Positions 11,500-23,644 of a stretch of 64,000 bases of DNA are shown piece by piece. The notes beneath the pieces are model-generated. The model did no database searches. It was not told the DNA's origin and saw only the letters and a list, made by a program, of their open reading frames with translations. The position numbers were made by a program, and so were the translations under genes. Positions within the stretch are counted from its first letter, which is position 1. Each line of letters starts with the position of its first letter. This DNA comes from Macrostomum lignano (lineage: Eukaryota), in assembly GCA_002269645.1 (NCBI GenBank), contig NIVC01000105.1, positions 783,992 through 847,991 of the forward strand. The letters are read 5' to 3'.

Positions 11500-12897
11500 T
11501 AAGAAATCGAACTTACCCATCCAGTCAGAAGAGACGCGTGCTCAGAAGCATTCGGCATCAGCAGCCTTGATATCCTGATGAGATTATCAAGAGTCAAGAT
11601 TGTTATAGCTACATCAGTTTATACCTGTGCCCGTTATTTTTTCCTAAAGGTAGTCCATATTTACTTATATGTCCGACACTTCCACTGAATCTGAAGCATC
11701 CTTGTCAACCGGCTTACTCCTGCAAAATATTGTCTTCAGATTCTCATTTTAACAACTCATCAAGTAACAGCTGTTTAAATGAAATTCTATTTATTGTATT
11801 GGATGCTCAACCCCAACCCTAACCAGAGGTCTTTAGTATTTCCGGTCCTGCTAATGCTGATGCAGGCAATGTAGACTTTGAGGAATAATTGAGTAATCTG
11901 CCGAATTTTTCAACTCTATAAGATCCATGTGTGCAGGCTGCATTGATTTACCAGAGGGCTATTACGTCTGGAGTTTCTGAAGCTGCTCTAGATAGGCTGC
12001 TAAGCTTATTTTGATCATGACTAAAAGATCTAATCAAAATATCCCACCTAGCCTAAAGGTGTTAAATTCAAGGCTTAAAGAAGCTTGCAGTCTTGATGAC
12101 AGTTGTCTCTGAGCTTCTTTTTTGCAGTGAATGCAAAGCCACAGCTGCGGTCAATCTAAATTTACTAAATCTCTAAGGTTTGTTTGTTTGTATGCTTGTC
12201 CATAACGCTCTAGAGCGAGCAATTCTTCACCAATTTTGATCGTCCATATACTAAATGAAAATCTTGACTAAACATCTTCCAAATATTCTTAACTATTAAC
12301 AGAAGTTACAGACCACTAGCAATTCTGACGTTCTGAATTCGAAAATCCATATACTTCTGACGTTCTGAATTCGAAAATAGTGTCGGATCAAAATTTACAG
12401 CGAAGTTCTAATAAATCAATTCACTTGCATCTACTTGTGTTTGCCGATAAAGCTAATTTTTTGACAATGCTAAAAGTAGCTTTTGGCCATTTCAAGCGCA
12501 GATATTAAATCTCTATGATCCGAAAATACAAATTTTTTTGGTAAGCTTTTCAATTTTTCAGGCAAAAAACTGAAAATGTGGAATAATGTTTTTGTTCATT
12601 GTAATTTGTTAGTCTGCGACCTACCTGCGCGGGCTAAGCTATTTTGTATTTGATTTGTTTTTTGTATTTAAACGTTCGAGCATTCAGCTGCCTAAATGTC
12701 TGCATCCGGGGGAAAGCATTAAAGTATATGAGAAAGGCAAGAACTGGGCATTCCGTTTTAGCGAAGCGCACATACTTCCTTCATGGACTATGACTACTTT
12801 TATTGAGCACTGCCGTCTAGCTGAAATTCGTAAAAAAGTCTGTTTTTCTGTTAGAGTCGCAGTTGCCTGTTGGACATTATTTCCTATCCTAATTGTA
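11500..12897 (+). pseudogene. Outer CACTA transposase pseudogene, 5' part, preceded by a remnant of the BEN-like gene tail
   Basis: DNA similarity to 21360-22190 (e.g. GTTTCTGAAGCTGCTCTAGATAGGCTG vs GTTTCTGAGGCAGCTCTCGATAGGCTA); GAAGAGACGCGT at ~11530 matches GAAGAAACGCGT at ~20905; many stops. Confidence 0.8.
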
Positions 12898-15250
12898 CAC
12901 TGTGAATCAACAATACGGACCTTGTTGATTTTGAACGGACCTTCGTCTCAGAAGGTCCAAAATGCAACGTCAGGAAATTTCTCTCTCTCTTTACCTGAAG
13001 TCTTTTTTCGGTCGTAATATTTGCTTTTGTTCACAAAATATAGATTTTTTAATTGTCTTGAAGATTTTTGAAGCAATTAATTATCATAAGCATATGCTAC
13101 CTGTGAAGTGATACATTTTGGCTCTAGAAAGCTCCCATCCAGATGGAATGTATTTTAACCAACGAATGCGCTCTAACTAGCAAAAGCTGAGGACACGACC
13201 CCAACCTCAACCAATGAAAAGCAGTTATGTACCATCCAATGCGATCAAGACTGAAAAGTACTATAAAAGCTCATGTTAACCAAGCAAGAAGCTCGCCCCT
13301 CCCTGGCCTTTTCTCTCTTCCGCCTCTCTTTCGCCCTTCTCCTATCTTACCTCCTTTGACTACTTTTGATTGACACTGTCAGGGTCTCGACCCAAACACT
13401 AAAACTGATAAATTGACTCACTAAAACTAAAACAACAACCAACCCACGTTCCACAATAGACTGAACCTTCGGTTCCACCGAACACTTAGAAACCCCTTGG
13501 AACTCGAACAAAACGAGCTTCTTATTTGGAATTCCATCTTAGACATTATATTTTGTAAGATAACATCTCGAGATTGTGACCATCAAATACAACGGTCTGT
13601 AAGTTACCATCAAGTGTTTGCATCATCAGGAAAAGTCAGTTGAATCCGCCGTCTCAGTTATTTGGCTCTCACATTGATATTTGAAGTAGAACAAGAGCCA
13701 TAGAAGTGAGAGACCAGAAGAACAATAACATATATTTTAAAATATTTCACCTGCTCACATAGAAGAAAGCAAGTGTCGTAAAATAATCGCTTTTAGCTTC
13801 AATATTGTATAAAAATGAAGCCTTCTGATAAACTTTTTATTTTTACCGTTTTATATTTGTTCTGAAAGGAACTTTGTCGTTCTGGAAAAATATTCTTTAA
13901 TTTTTTTTAAAACATTACAAATAAAAATCTCGATTTGACCATTATGTGCGTGAGACTTATATCTCGAGCGCCGCTTCAGTTAGTGCAACAATAAAAGTAA
14001 TAGTGTGTCTGTTTACTTCGCCTGCATTGCTTTGTTGATTGTTTCCAAAATTAAAAACAAATTACATTAACATAATTGCATACCATGTAATTAGGTCTAG
14101 GAAAACTTTTACTTTAGTTCAGGGCCTAGCCTGGTTAGAATAGTAGTGGTTTGAGTGTTCTATGTAAATAGGCTTAGTAAAAGTTTGCCTTTTGCATGTT
14201 AAAATGGATTTAAGTTGCAATTTTTGTGCCTTCAAATGTAATAATATTCTCAAACTTATTACACACATAAATTTTTATCATTCTTTTGGGTCTAAATCTT
14301 TCTCTTGTCCAGTCAATGATTGTTTCCACAACTGTAACTCAATAGAATCACTAAGAGCACATATTTATAGAATGCATCGCTATTTAGAAGCAAAAGACAA
14401 GAGTGTAGATGGAAAAGAAGGAACTAAAAATAATTATGAAAATGAAAATGGTAATGTTATAGAAGTCGGAATGGAAGTAGATTTAGAAAGTTCTCATTTA
14501 TGTCCAATCATTAATGAACAGAATGGTTTTTAGCCTTGAAACAACAATCACTTTAATATTGGCATGTTGCCAAGTGTTGATGATATATTAGAAAGAGAAG
14601 GGACACATGAAACTCTTCGTGAAGATATAAGAAAGCATTTGGCTGAAAATTTTGTTTATTATTATCTCAAAATGAAAAACTTTTTCCGTATTCCTAAGGA
14701 CAAATCAAAACAGCTTTGTGAGCTTGTCAAAGACATTGTTTCCCAATTTGCCAATGACTACTTGAACTTATTTGAACATTTTCTTTAAAAAAATTGTCCA
14801 TCTCTTAGCTCTAATTTTAAAAAAATCTTTAATATGGAAGAAATGATCAATTTATCTTTCGAACATTTGCTTAGTGATTCCAAAATCTTAGATATTCTTA
14901 TTAATGAATATAACTTAGTCCAACCAATTGAAATTATTCAATCTAAAACTAGCTTTAAGATCCAACATATTCCTATTTCCAATCTGATCAAGTCAATTTG
15001 CAAGAATACAAATTTATTAAAATATCTTATTACAACTCCAACTATTTCTACCAATGTATTTTTTTGTTCCAAATACTTTTTAGAATGTATTTTGAGACAG
15101 ATTGTTATAAATCATCTATATTACTTATAACAGTAGCTAATCACGACTTTTTATCCTGTCCAATCAGCAAATTTCTTTCCCTTTTTGTTTAAATTACAGG
15201 TTTGTTAGAACGATACTTTGTTAAAAATTCCTTTTTTTATTTTGTTTAAA

Positions 15251-15982
15251 TGTCTTATGCTCACCCCCTCCCTTGTCAACGATTATATAAAGAGACAACT
15301 TGGACCGCCAAATATACAACTCTCGCTCACCCTCGTTTCTCAACTAAAAAAACTCAATAACTCTTAGTAATTGGAGTTCAACCTTAAACTTCCGCTAAGA
15401 CTTGTTTTCGCTATATATTTATTGAATAGGGAAACTTAAGGTCGTGGAGACCAAGAATTAGGGATCTGAATAGGGAAACTTGAGGTCGTGGAGACCAAGA
15501 ATTAGGGATCTGAATAGGGAAACTTGAGGTCGTGGAGACCAAGAATTAGGGATCTGAATAGGGAAACTTGAGGTCGTGGAGACCAAGAATTAGGGATCTG
15601 AATAGGGAAACTAGAGGTCGTGGAGACTCAAGACTAGAAACCTGAGTAGGGAGATCGAGATCGTACAGATCCTAAGAAAGCCGTGCGGGCTAATAATAGA
15701 CATTAAGGATTAGGCATTAGGAATAGATTAGCTACTGCTGGACACCCTTGATCCTCGGAAAACGCTAGACTTTCGGACTAAAATTAGGAAATTAGACAGT
15801 GTCTTACCGCTCGGGCACTACACGCTATCACAAGGTTTCTAAGAAATCGTGTGAAATTAGAGAAAATTTATAGGAAAGGTTATAGTTTAGGACAGCCAAT
15901 ACTACTAAAAATAGGCAGCTTAGCGATAATTTGGAGAAAGAGCTAACGGGCCTACAACAACTTGGTGACATCTAGTGGGATC
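15251..15982 (+). mobile_element. LTR-like fragment followed by a tRNA-Leu-type primer binding site
   Basis: ...CTACAACA at 15959 then TGGTGACATCTAGTGGGATC (15963-15982); interrupts the EnSpm coding sequence; left boundary approximate, no clean TSD. Confidence 0.5.
15424..15640. repeat. 44-bp tandem repeat, about 4.5-5 copies
   Basis: GAATAGGGAAACTTGAGGTCGTGGAGACCAAGAATTAGGGATCT starting at 15424, 15468 and onward. Confidence 0.95.
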
Positions 15983-17085
15983 TAGAAGAAGGAGGAAACA
16001 CGTCTGTGACAATTAATCCTTTAGTATTAGGTGATGCAATTTATTTAAAATTATATTCTGATGAAATAGAAATATGTAATCCAAAAGGTTCAGCTAAAAC
16101 AAAATATAAGTTTTATGTAGTATATCATTCTATATTAAATATTCCAGAATAATGAAACTCTTCTCTTAATTTATCCTTCTTATCAACGATTGTTTGTGAT
16201 TCAACCATTAAAAAGGCAGGCTTAAACTTTTGTATGACACCTTTGATTACTGAGCTAAATGATTTGTTTTATAATAATATACAGATCAATGATACAATAA
16301 CATTGCCTATAATTGCTTGCTTTTTGACTGGGGATAATTTATCAATGCATGGTTTGTTTGGTTTAAATAATTTTTTTTCTAGTGGATATATATGTAGATT
16401 TTGCCTAAAACAATTTAAAGACCTGTGTCCTATAAATAAAGATTGTCCCAGTAGTCTCATTCAATTTGATTATAGAAATCATGCATCTTGTATAGGTAGC
16501 TTGCTATCCTTCTTTATTGTAATTATGGCCTATAGGCATTGTCCTTTTTATGATAGATCGACTTGCTCCTTCTTGAATAGGCTGTAGTTGTAATTAAAGT
16601 TGGGTGCTAAGCTCACCTATTGACAGTACTCAGTGCTTTACACCTGTCTACATTCAAGACTCCAGGTCAATATCTGCGTTGATTACTTCATCCCCTCCAT
16701 AGGCCTAGTGATGCATTCTCCATATTCTCACAAAGCCTTACAAAACCTCCAGTACAAAATATGCAAAAGCTTTTTTGTTAGGCAATGCTTATTAATTTAG
16801 AATGTTCAATTCAAAGCTTAGGTAGTCTGTTACCCTCCTCTATTGCAAGTCGTGGTCTATAGGAGTTGTCCTATTCATGACTCAGCTTCCCCCCTCTTGA
16901 CTAGGCCTTAGTTTTAATAAAATTATTTGCTGGATTCACCTTTTAGCAGCAAGAAAAACCTTAGTTTGTGCTTTGCTATTTTATTCATCCTTATCTCCAA
17001 TCCCAACATCTCCAGTCCATACTCATGCATTCTCTCCCCATACCCATGCATGACCCCCATACCTCCCATACCCCTCGCATTTCAG

Positions 17086-17460
17086 CTTCGAATCTGCAAC
17101 AATACTCAAGCTAAGAAGGTGCTCGTTGTGGCATCCTCGCTCGAAGATCTGAAACGAAAAGCCTCACAAAAGCTTGATATCCCTGTTGACGAGCAGATTC
17201 GAATTGTCACTGCCGATGGGTTTGAGGTGGACGATGATGACCTGCTGCTGGAGCTGGCAAAGGACTCGTCCAAAATTTTATTGCTTCTGCGGGAAGGTGA
17301 AACACTTCTTCAGGATCCTGCTCATGGGACGACAACTACGCCTTTGAGTACACCGTCAGTTGCAGCAAATTCCGTCATCTCTGATACTGAAGCCTATGCC
17401 ACCACCCCAAAACGAAAGATAGGGGAAGGTGAAGCAGAACCAAGAAAGTGGCCTACCCTA
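17086..17460 (+). CDS. CACTA ORF2 N-terminal exon with a CIDE-N-like ubiquitin-fold domain
   Basis: ttcag acceptor at 17085; LRICNNTQAKKVLVVASSLEDLKRKASQKLDI..IRIVTADGFEVDDDDLLLEL..ILLLLREGE. Confidence 0.7.
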
Positions 17461-19416
17461 GACTCCAATCATGGATTATCCATGCATGGTCCATGATTAC
17501 ATGCATAAACCATGCATGACCATGTTGTTTCCATGCATGGACTCTTTTTTGTCCCATCGTATCCCACACATGGCTTTAGAATTAAAATTGTTCGAGAATG
17601 TTACTGAAAATGAACGTAGCACAGAAGGGCATTCATTAAAAAAGTTGATCTGTGGTGACCGGAATACCATTTCATCTTCACTTAAAATTAGAGTTGTGTT
17701 CTTTTTGTTATTTCTTCTCATGCACATCTGCACAAATCATAATGAAAACACTAAAATGAATGGTGCGCTGAAATGGAATTATCTTAGTATCGTGCACAAT
17801 GTTAGGCCTATAACATAGTACGGTACTTTAAAGCTTTCAGCTCTGTGTTTCAAACTTTATTGTTGTCTGCAAAGAGTAGAATTCTCGATTCTTCTATTTT
17901 GTAATACGCTCGTATCCTGCTCAAAGTTAATATCCTGCTCTTTATTAATAGGTTCCTTCAACTGCAATTTGTTTGCTAATGAACTTTAGTAAAGTAAAAA
18001 ATAAAAATAAAAGCTATTGTAGATAATATACATATTGTAGATAATAATGTATATTATCTACAATAGCTTTTATTGATGCATTAATATTGGTATTGACTAT
18101 TGCCATTGTTAAATGCCAAGTTGATGCCAATATGATGAATGAATATAATTTTGTATGCCTTGCCTTTGTGAAGCTTAGTAATATTAATACACCTATATTT
18201 ATTGGCTAATGGCTATGTAACATTTGACTCACTGAGATGTTGCCCTTGTGGCCCTGTAATATATGGCCTAGGCCTAATATATTATAGGGCCCACATAGGG
18301 CTAGGCCTATATCATATAGGTTCCTTAGGCACTAGGCCTAATCTTTGTTTTAATATAGACTAGGCTTATACTAGGCTCTATGCAGTATAAACATATTTAT
18401 AAGGCTTTATCTATGAGATATATGAGTATGACAATGACAATAAAGCATATTATTATCATTACTTATATATTATTTTACTTTTTATGAAGTTAGAATTGTC
18501 CTTTAAAAATCTATTTATTTCTAGGGTCAAGGATAGACCCAAAGGCAAAATAGAGGCTAGGGGCTATTATTATGGTCTAGATTAGGCCTAGTCTTTATTA
18601 ATAATAATATTAGGCTACTATTAGGACTACTTGGCATGTCTAGACCATCCTCAAAGGTGGACACCTAATAAAGGAGACAAAGGAAATCTGCATCCTATTC
18701 TAATTTACATCATATAAAGTAATAAGAATATGCAATGTCTAAGCTTAAACAGAGTTGTAATTCTCCTGACCTATGGCATTTGATTTCTCTTTCCCAAACC
18801 AACATAGGTCTCCACATTTGGTATATGCATTGTATTATTAGTGTAACAAAACTATGGCAAGTTGCCTTTTTTGCTCAGGTATCTACTTTTCAATATGGCT
18901 ATAAACACACACACATATATATATATATACATAGCTGTAATAAATATGCTGGAATGAAATGCAAAATATTTTGATTGTTTTTATATGCTCAAATCCCATT
19001 GAGATTTTGGACTGACTATTCGTCATCTTACTTTGTTTTGGATGTGGTAGTCTGGTATCTGGTTTATAATTAGGTATCTATGCATGGCATTTGCCTCTTT
19101 GGTCTAGTGACTTTATGACTTTCAAAAAGGCAATTTTATACTTCAGAATGTGATTTAAGCAGCTTCTACCCGAAGGACTTCAAAGACGCCTTCAAGGTTT
19201 ACAACCGACTATTCATCAACCTTCTATTGCTTCATTTTGCATTCAGTAGCACATGATGTTTCTATTTCTTTTGGTTAACCATATTGGCCAAGGTCTATGA
19301 CTGATGAAGATAAGATTCAATTGATGCAAGTAAGAGAATTGTTTGATTTTTTTAAAAAATTTAATCAAAAAAATAATTTATTAATAATAAACCAGATTTC
19401 TTTTTCCTATTTTTAG

Positions 19417-20949
19417 GGAAACAAAGTGTTTCTTCACATGTATCGTAAGCTCTTTGCTGCTACCCTAGTAGCAAAGGGAACAGAGAGCCATATCACTTCT
19501 GCCATGAACCAACTTTCAAACTTGGTTAGTGAGGCAGAGAATACAGATAGCCTTATAGAACAGGCAATTGAGCATTTTCGGAAGAGTGACTCAACATCCA
19601 AGTTGAAGTCTACCTCTAACCAGCAGGCTATTGAGCCTAGTTTACATGACCATGACCTTCTGAATGACATGTATGACTTAGCTGGAGTAGATGATGAGCA
19701 ACAAAGCTCATTCCTGGAATCAGTGCCTCAGCATATGGGTAAGAAACTCTTTGGGCTTCATCTTTAAAGATGGATACAAATGTTTGCTTCTGATATTTTA
19801 ATATTTTAATGACAGCTTGTTTCCATTTTTAGTTAAAGTGGCTTCTGTTTTTGACAAGGAGGTTGGCATTGTAACCAATGAAATTGCACAAGCTGCAAGC
19901 TTCATGGACTCAAGTTAGTACAAATTCTGTTCATTTTTATAATTGTTCATGTTCATGAGTCAGTCACAATGCTGAATCTGTGTCAGGTAAAATGGTTTCC
20001 ATTGTGTTTTGCTGATTGTAAAAGTATTTAAAAATTAGTAAGCCTCATTAAGCTCATCTTTACTTTTAGACATCAAAGAGTTCATCCGGGCTGAGTTAAT
20101 TGCACTTGAGAAGCGCCTAATGGCCAGGATGAGTCGCCTTCTAAGGAAGGATATCAGCTTTGGTAGCCAGCTGACAATTAAGGAGTATCAAGATGAGGTA
20201 GCTCTGGTCTTCTGAGTATTAGCAAATTGTACTTTTGGTTAACATACTTATAGTTATTTATATATACTGATTTTAGGAGTTCAGATGCATTGATGGATCT
20301 CTGGCTACTGTTTCATCAATTTTGTGTAACGACCCCAAGGTCTTCATTAAGCGCTACATCAAGCATCGCTTTGGTGAAGGGTACCTAATAGAGCACATTA
20401 TCGACTCCTCCTCTGGGCGACGCAGTGCCCGGCGACCAGCTCCAGCTGAGCATGTGGCTGAATTTCAGCGTAATGTTATTTGTACTATGCTAGTGCAATT
20501 CATTTGAAAAAACAAGTTTATGAGAACCTTATGTGAACTTTAAGAACTTTATGAACTTTAAGTTTATGTGAACTTTAAGAACTTTATGAACTTTAAGTTT
20601 ATGTGAACTTTATCTTGCTAACAATTCTAAATTATAGAAAGATTAAATGTAAGTTTGAATTTAGACCAGGAACTGAGATCTAGACTCAATTTTATTGTAA
20701 TTAATTAAGAGGTGATTTTTAGGCATGCACCAATTTTGCAAATGGAGGGCATTTTCGTAATTGTAAGTATTAAGTTCAACCATTTCTATCCCCAAAATAC
20801 TTCGTCTTCCAGGTCTTCTGCAGCTGTGCTACCGGACATCTGGCTTCAACTTCAGCGAAATATGGCAGTCTGTCCGCGATCATCTTAACCAGCTAGCCAG
20901 GGAAGAAACGCGTTCCAGGAAGCGATCTGCTGCTGAAGCAGCGGCCTAA
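19417..20949 (+). CDS. Spliced coiled-coil + BEN-like protein (CACTA accessory gene); exons incl. 19417-~19738, 20070-20197, 20277-20469, 20813-20949
   Basis: GT-AG junctions keep phase across the last three exons: DIKEFIRAELIALEKRLMARM../EFRCIDG..KVFIKRYIKHRFGEGYLIEHI..AEFQ/RLLQLCYR..SEIWQSVRDHLNQLAREETRSRKRSAAEAAA*. Confidence 0.65.
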
Positions 20950-21126
20950 GATTGTCGTTCTTCTCATGGACATGGGTGCATCCTGTATGCTGACTTCTGT
21001 TTTCATGTGCTTATTTTTTTCTACTACAATGTATTTCCTTTCATAATTTTGTCTGAAGTATTCAAAAATGCATGAATTCTCTCTTGCTCTATAATCAAAA
21101 GTAATTAGTTCTTTTTTCAACAAATT

Positions 21127-22197
21127 ATGGTAGAGTCTGAAAATGAAAGCGAGCCTTCTCTCTCAACTGACTATTCGGCGCACTTATGCGAGTCCATTAG
21201 TTCGCCTTCTGATATTTCATCATTGAGCAATATCAGTGCGAATGCAAATGCACCTAGCATTGAAATCGATCTGAAGCGGACTAGCACTGCTGCCACTGCT
21301 TGCTCTGATGATTTAGTGCCAGATGATAAGGACATTAAAAATCTGTCTAGTCTATCAACCATTTCTGATCCTGATGTACAAGCCGCTCTAATCTACCAAT
21401 GGGTCATTACATCGGGGGTTTCTGAGGCAGCTCTCGATAGGCTATTAAAGCTTGCTTCTGTTCTTCTTCGGGGTGCAGGGCCCCACACATTTCCAACCAG
21501 CGCTAAAGTGCTTAAGTCGAGACTAAACAATGTTTGTTCTATTAATGACAGCTGTGTTTCCGAGATTTCTGTTTGCAGTGAATGCAAAGGCAAATGTGAT
21601 GTTCATCCTCTAAAGGCAAAAGCCACCGTGACTCTTCTAGACATTTTTCCTCAGCTCCGGGTCATCTTGACAAGGTACATTGGAACAATTCTCCAGTATG
21701 AGCAGGAGTTACGAATGAGTAGAAACAGTGATGTCCTGAATTCTGAAATTGTGAACAAGCAAAATTTAAAGCTATCTTCAGGCAAAGAACTCCACTTGCA
21801 TCTTCTCATATCTGCTGATGGTGCCAACTTTTTCGAAAGCATTCAGAGCAGTTTTTGGCCATTTCAAGCCCAAATTCTGAATCTCCCAGGGCACATTCGT
21901 CAACGCTTTGCCAATCTAATTCTCATAGCCCTTGTTTCCTCCAGGGCCGTTCCTAACTTTCAATATTTTTTGTCCGATTTAATGAATCGCTTGCCGAAGC
22001 AGTTTGATTTTTTGGACTATTGTGTGTACGTCCATTGCACACTATTTGTGTGTGATTTACCAGCTCTTGCTAAGCTCTTTTGCATTCGTCAGTTCAATGG
22101 GGCATTTAGTTGTCCGAAGTGTCTCCATCTTGGCGAGAGTATAAAAGTGTCTCAAAAGGGATCAAATTGGGTTTTCCCCTTTTTGAAGGTCATGTAA
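21127..22197 (+). CDS. CACTA/EnSpm transposase, N-terminal half
   Basis: LLISADGANFFES..SFWPFQAQILNLP..R..FANLIL; FVCDLPALAKL..QFNGAFSCPKCLHLG. Confidence 0.9.
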   Translation: MVESENESEPSLSTDYSAHLCESISSPSDISSLSNISANANAPSIEIDLKRTSTAATACSDDLVPDDKDIKNLSSLSTISDPDVQAALIYQWVITSGVSEAALDRLLKLASVLLRGAGPHTFPTSAKVLKSRLNNVCSINDSCVSEISVCSECKGKCDVHPLKAKATVTLLDIFPQLRVILTRYIGTILQYEQELRMSRNSDVLNSEIVNKQNLKLSSGKELHLHLLISADGANFFESIQSSFWPFQAQILNLPGHIRQRFANLILIALVSSRAVPNFQYFLSDLMNRLPKQFDFLDYCVYVHCTLFVCDLPALAKLFCIRQFNGAFSCPKCLHLGESIKVSQKGSNWVFPFLKVM

Positions 22198-22386
22198 AAT
22201 ACGATACGTACAAATAATTTTCGTCTTAATTTCTTAATCCGAAAAACTTCCGAAATTGGAATTACCAAAAACACTGGATGGGATGACAGAATTGCGTATA
22301 CAAGCTGCGACAAATGCCAGACAACTTGTTGAGCAAAAATATTGCTCATGTCTATTCGCCGAGGATGTCAATTCTTCTAAAAGGTA

Positions 22387-23644
22387 CTCAGGGTGCTGCA
22401 AAAGTTTCCGGACTGGTCTTCTTGACACGGAACTTTTTTTCGGAGCTGAGTGACATTTGACCCATAGACCAATTGGGCGCTTATGAGCTTAGTGCTCAAA
22501 TTTGACATGGCTGAGACAAGCACATCGTGCAGAACAGCCAAATTAATGTGGCATTTTTTGTCAGCCCGCACGATTTCTCGAGAATATGAATCGGCCAAAA
22601 GATCACTCTGAATTCGGGTCAAAGGAGAGCCAGCATCACTTCATCATTGCGTGCCAGCGCCTTGGCAAGACTGCGACTCAGACCTTCGAAGATTTGCGTG
22701 CTGCATTTGGGGCTCAGGCGTTGGGTCGGACGCAGGTGTTTGCCCATCACCGCCTTGCTGCTGAGGGTGTCACAGCCGCCGGCGATGCCCCACGTTCTGG
22801 CCGTCCGCGCTCCAGCACAGACGATGAAAATACTGCTGCAGTGCTGGAATATGTGTCAGCGAATCCATCAGCGCGCTTGCGAGAAGTGGAGAGTGTGTGT
22901 GGCATCCACAACTCATCCGTGTGTCGCATTCTGCAGCGCATCAACTGGTCGAAGATTTGTGCCAAGTGGGTGCCGCGCGAACTGACGGCCGAGCATAAGC
23001 AAGCGCGCGTGCTACGGAGAACTGGGCAGTGTGGAACGAACTCGGTGACGATAAGTTCAAGGAACTGGTCATCACGATGGATGAGACACCGCTGCCCATG
23101 TTCAACCCGCTGACAAAACAGCAGTCGATGCAATGGGGCCCCAAGGGACGTCATCCGCACACGAAGGCAATGAAATCGGCGTGGACGCAGAACATCATGT
23201 GCACTGTGTGGTTCAATGCACGAGGTGTGCTGTTTGTTGACTATCTGCCGCAGGGTCAGACGATCAACGCCGACTACATCATGAACCAGCTTAATCTTCT
23301 GCGCACTGCCGTTCTGTCCAAGCGTCGCATCATGCGTCAGAGGCATTTTATTCTCTGGGACAATGCGCGTCCGCATGCTTCCGCTCGCACTTGTGCCAAG
23401 GTGGAAGAGCTTGGCTTCCGTCGGCTGAACCACCCGGCTTACAGTCCCGACCTCGCCATTGCCAATTTCCACCTGTTTAGTCTGATGAAGATGCCAATTC
23501 GCGGCAAGGTCTTCACGACTCGGCAGGAAGTCATCGATGCCACCAATGCATAGTTGCAACAGTTCGATGCCAAGTTCTGGGAGAGAGGCTTCGACCAGTC
23601 CGGTGTCAAGAAGACCAGTCCGGAAACTTTTGCAGCACCCTGAG
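22387..23644 (+). mobile_element. Mariner element, rearranged; transposase 22586-23553 with frameshift, catalytic D->N and premature stop
   Basis: TA|CTCAGGGTGCTGCAAAAGTTTCCGGACTGG...CCAGTCCGGAAACTTTTGCAGCACCCTGAG|TA; GRP HTH, WVPRELT, ITMDET, WDNARPH, YSPDLAIAN (34-residue spacing). Confidence 0.95.

Larger units (their letters stand above)
14192..16500 (+). pseudogene. EnSpm transposase with N-terminal C2H2 zinc fingers, fragmented and interrupted by an LTR fragment
   Basis: CNFCAF..HINFYH and CPVNDC..HIYRMH fingers; LKLYSDEIEICNPKG at ~16045-16090; FLTGDNLSMHGLFG..CRFC at 16320-16405. Confidence 0.8.
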
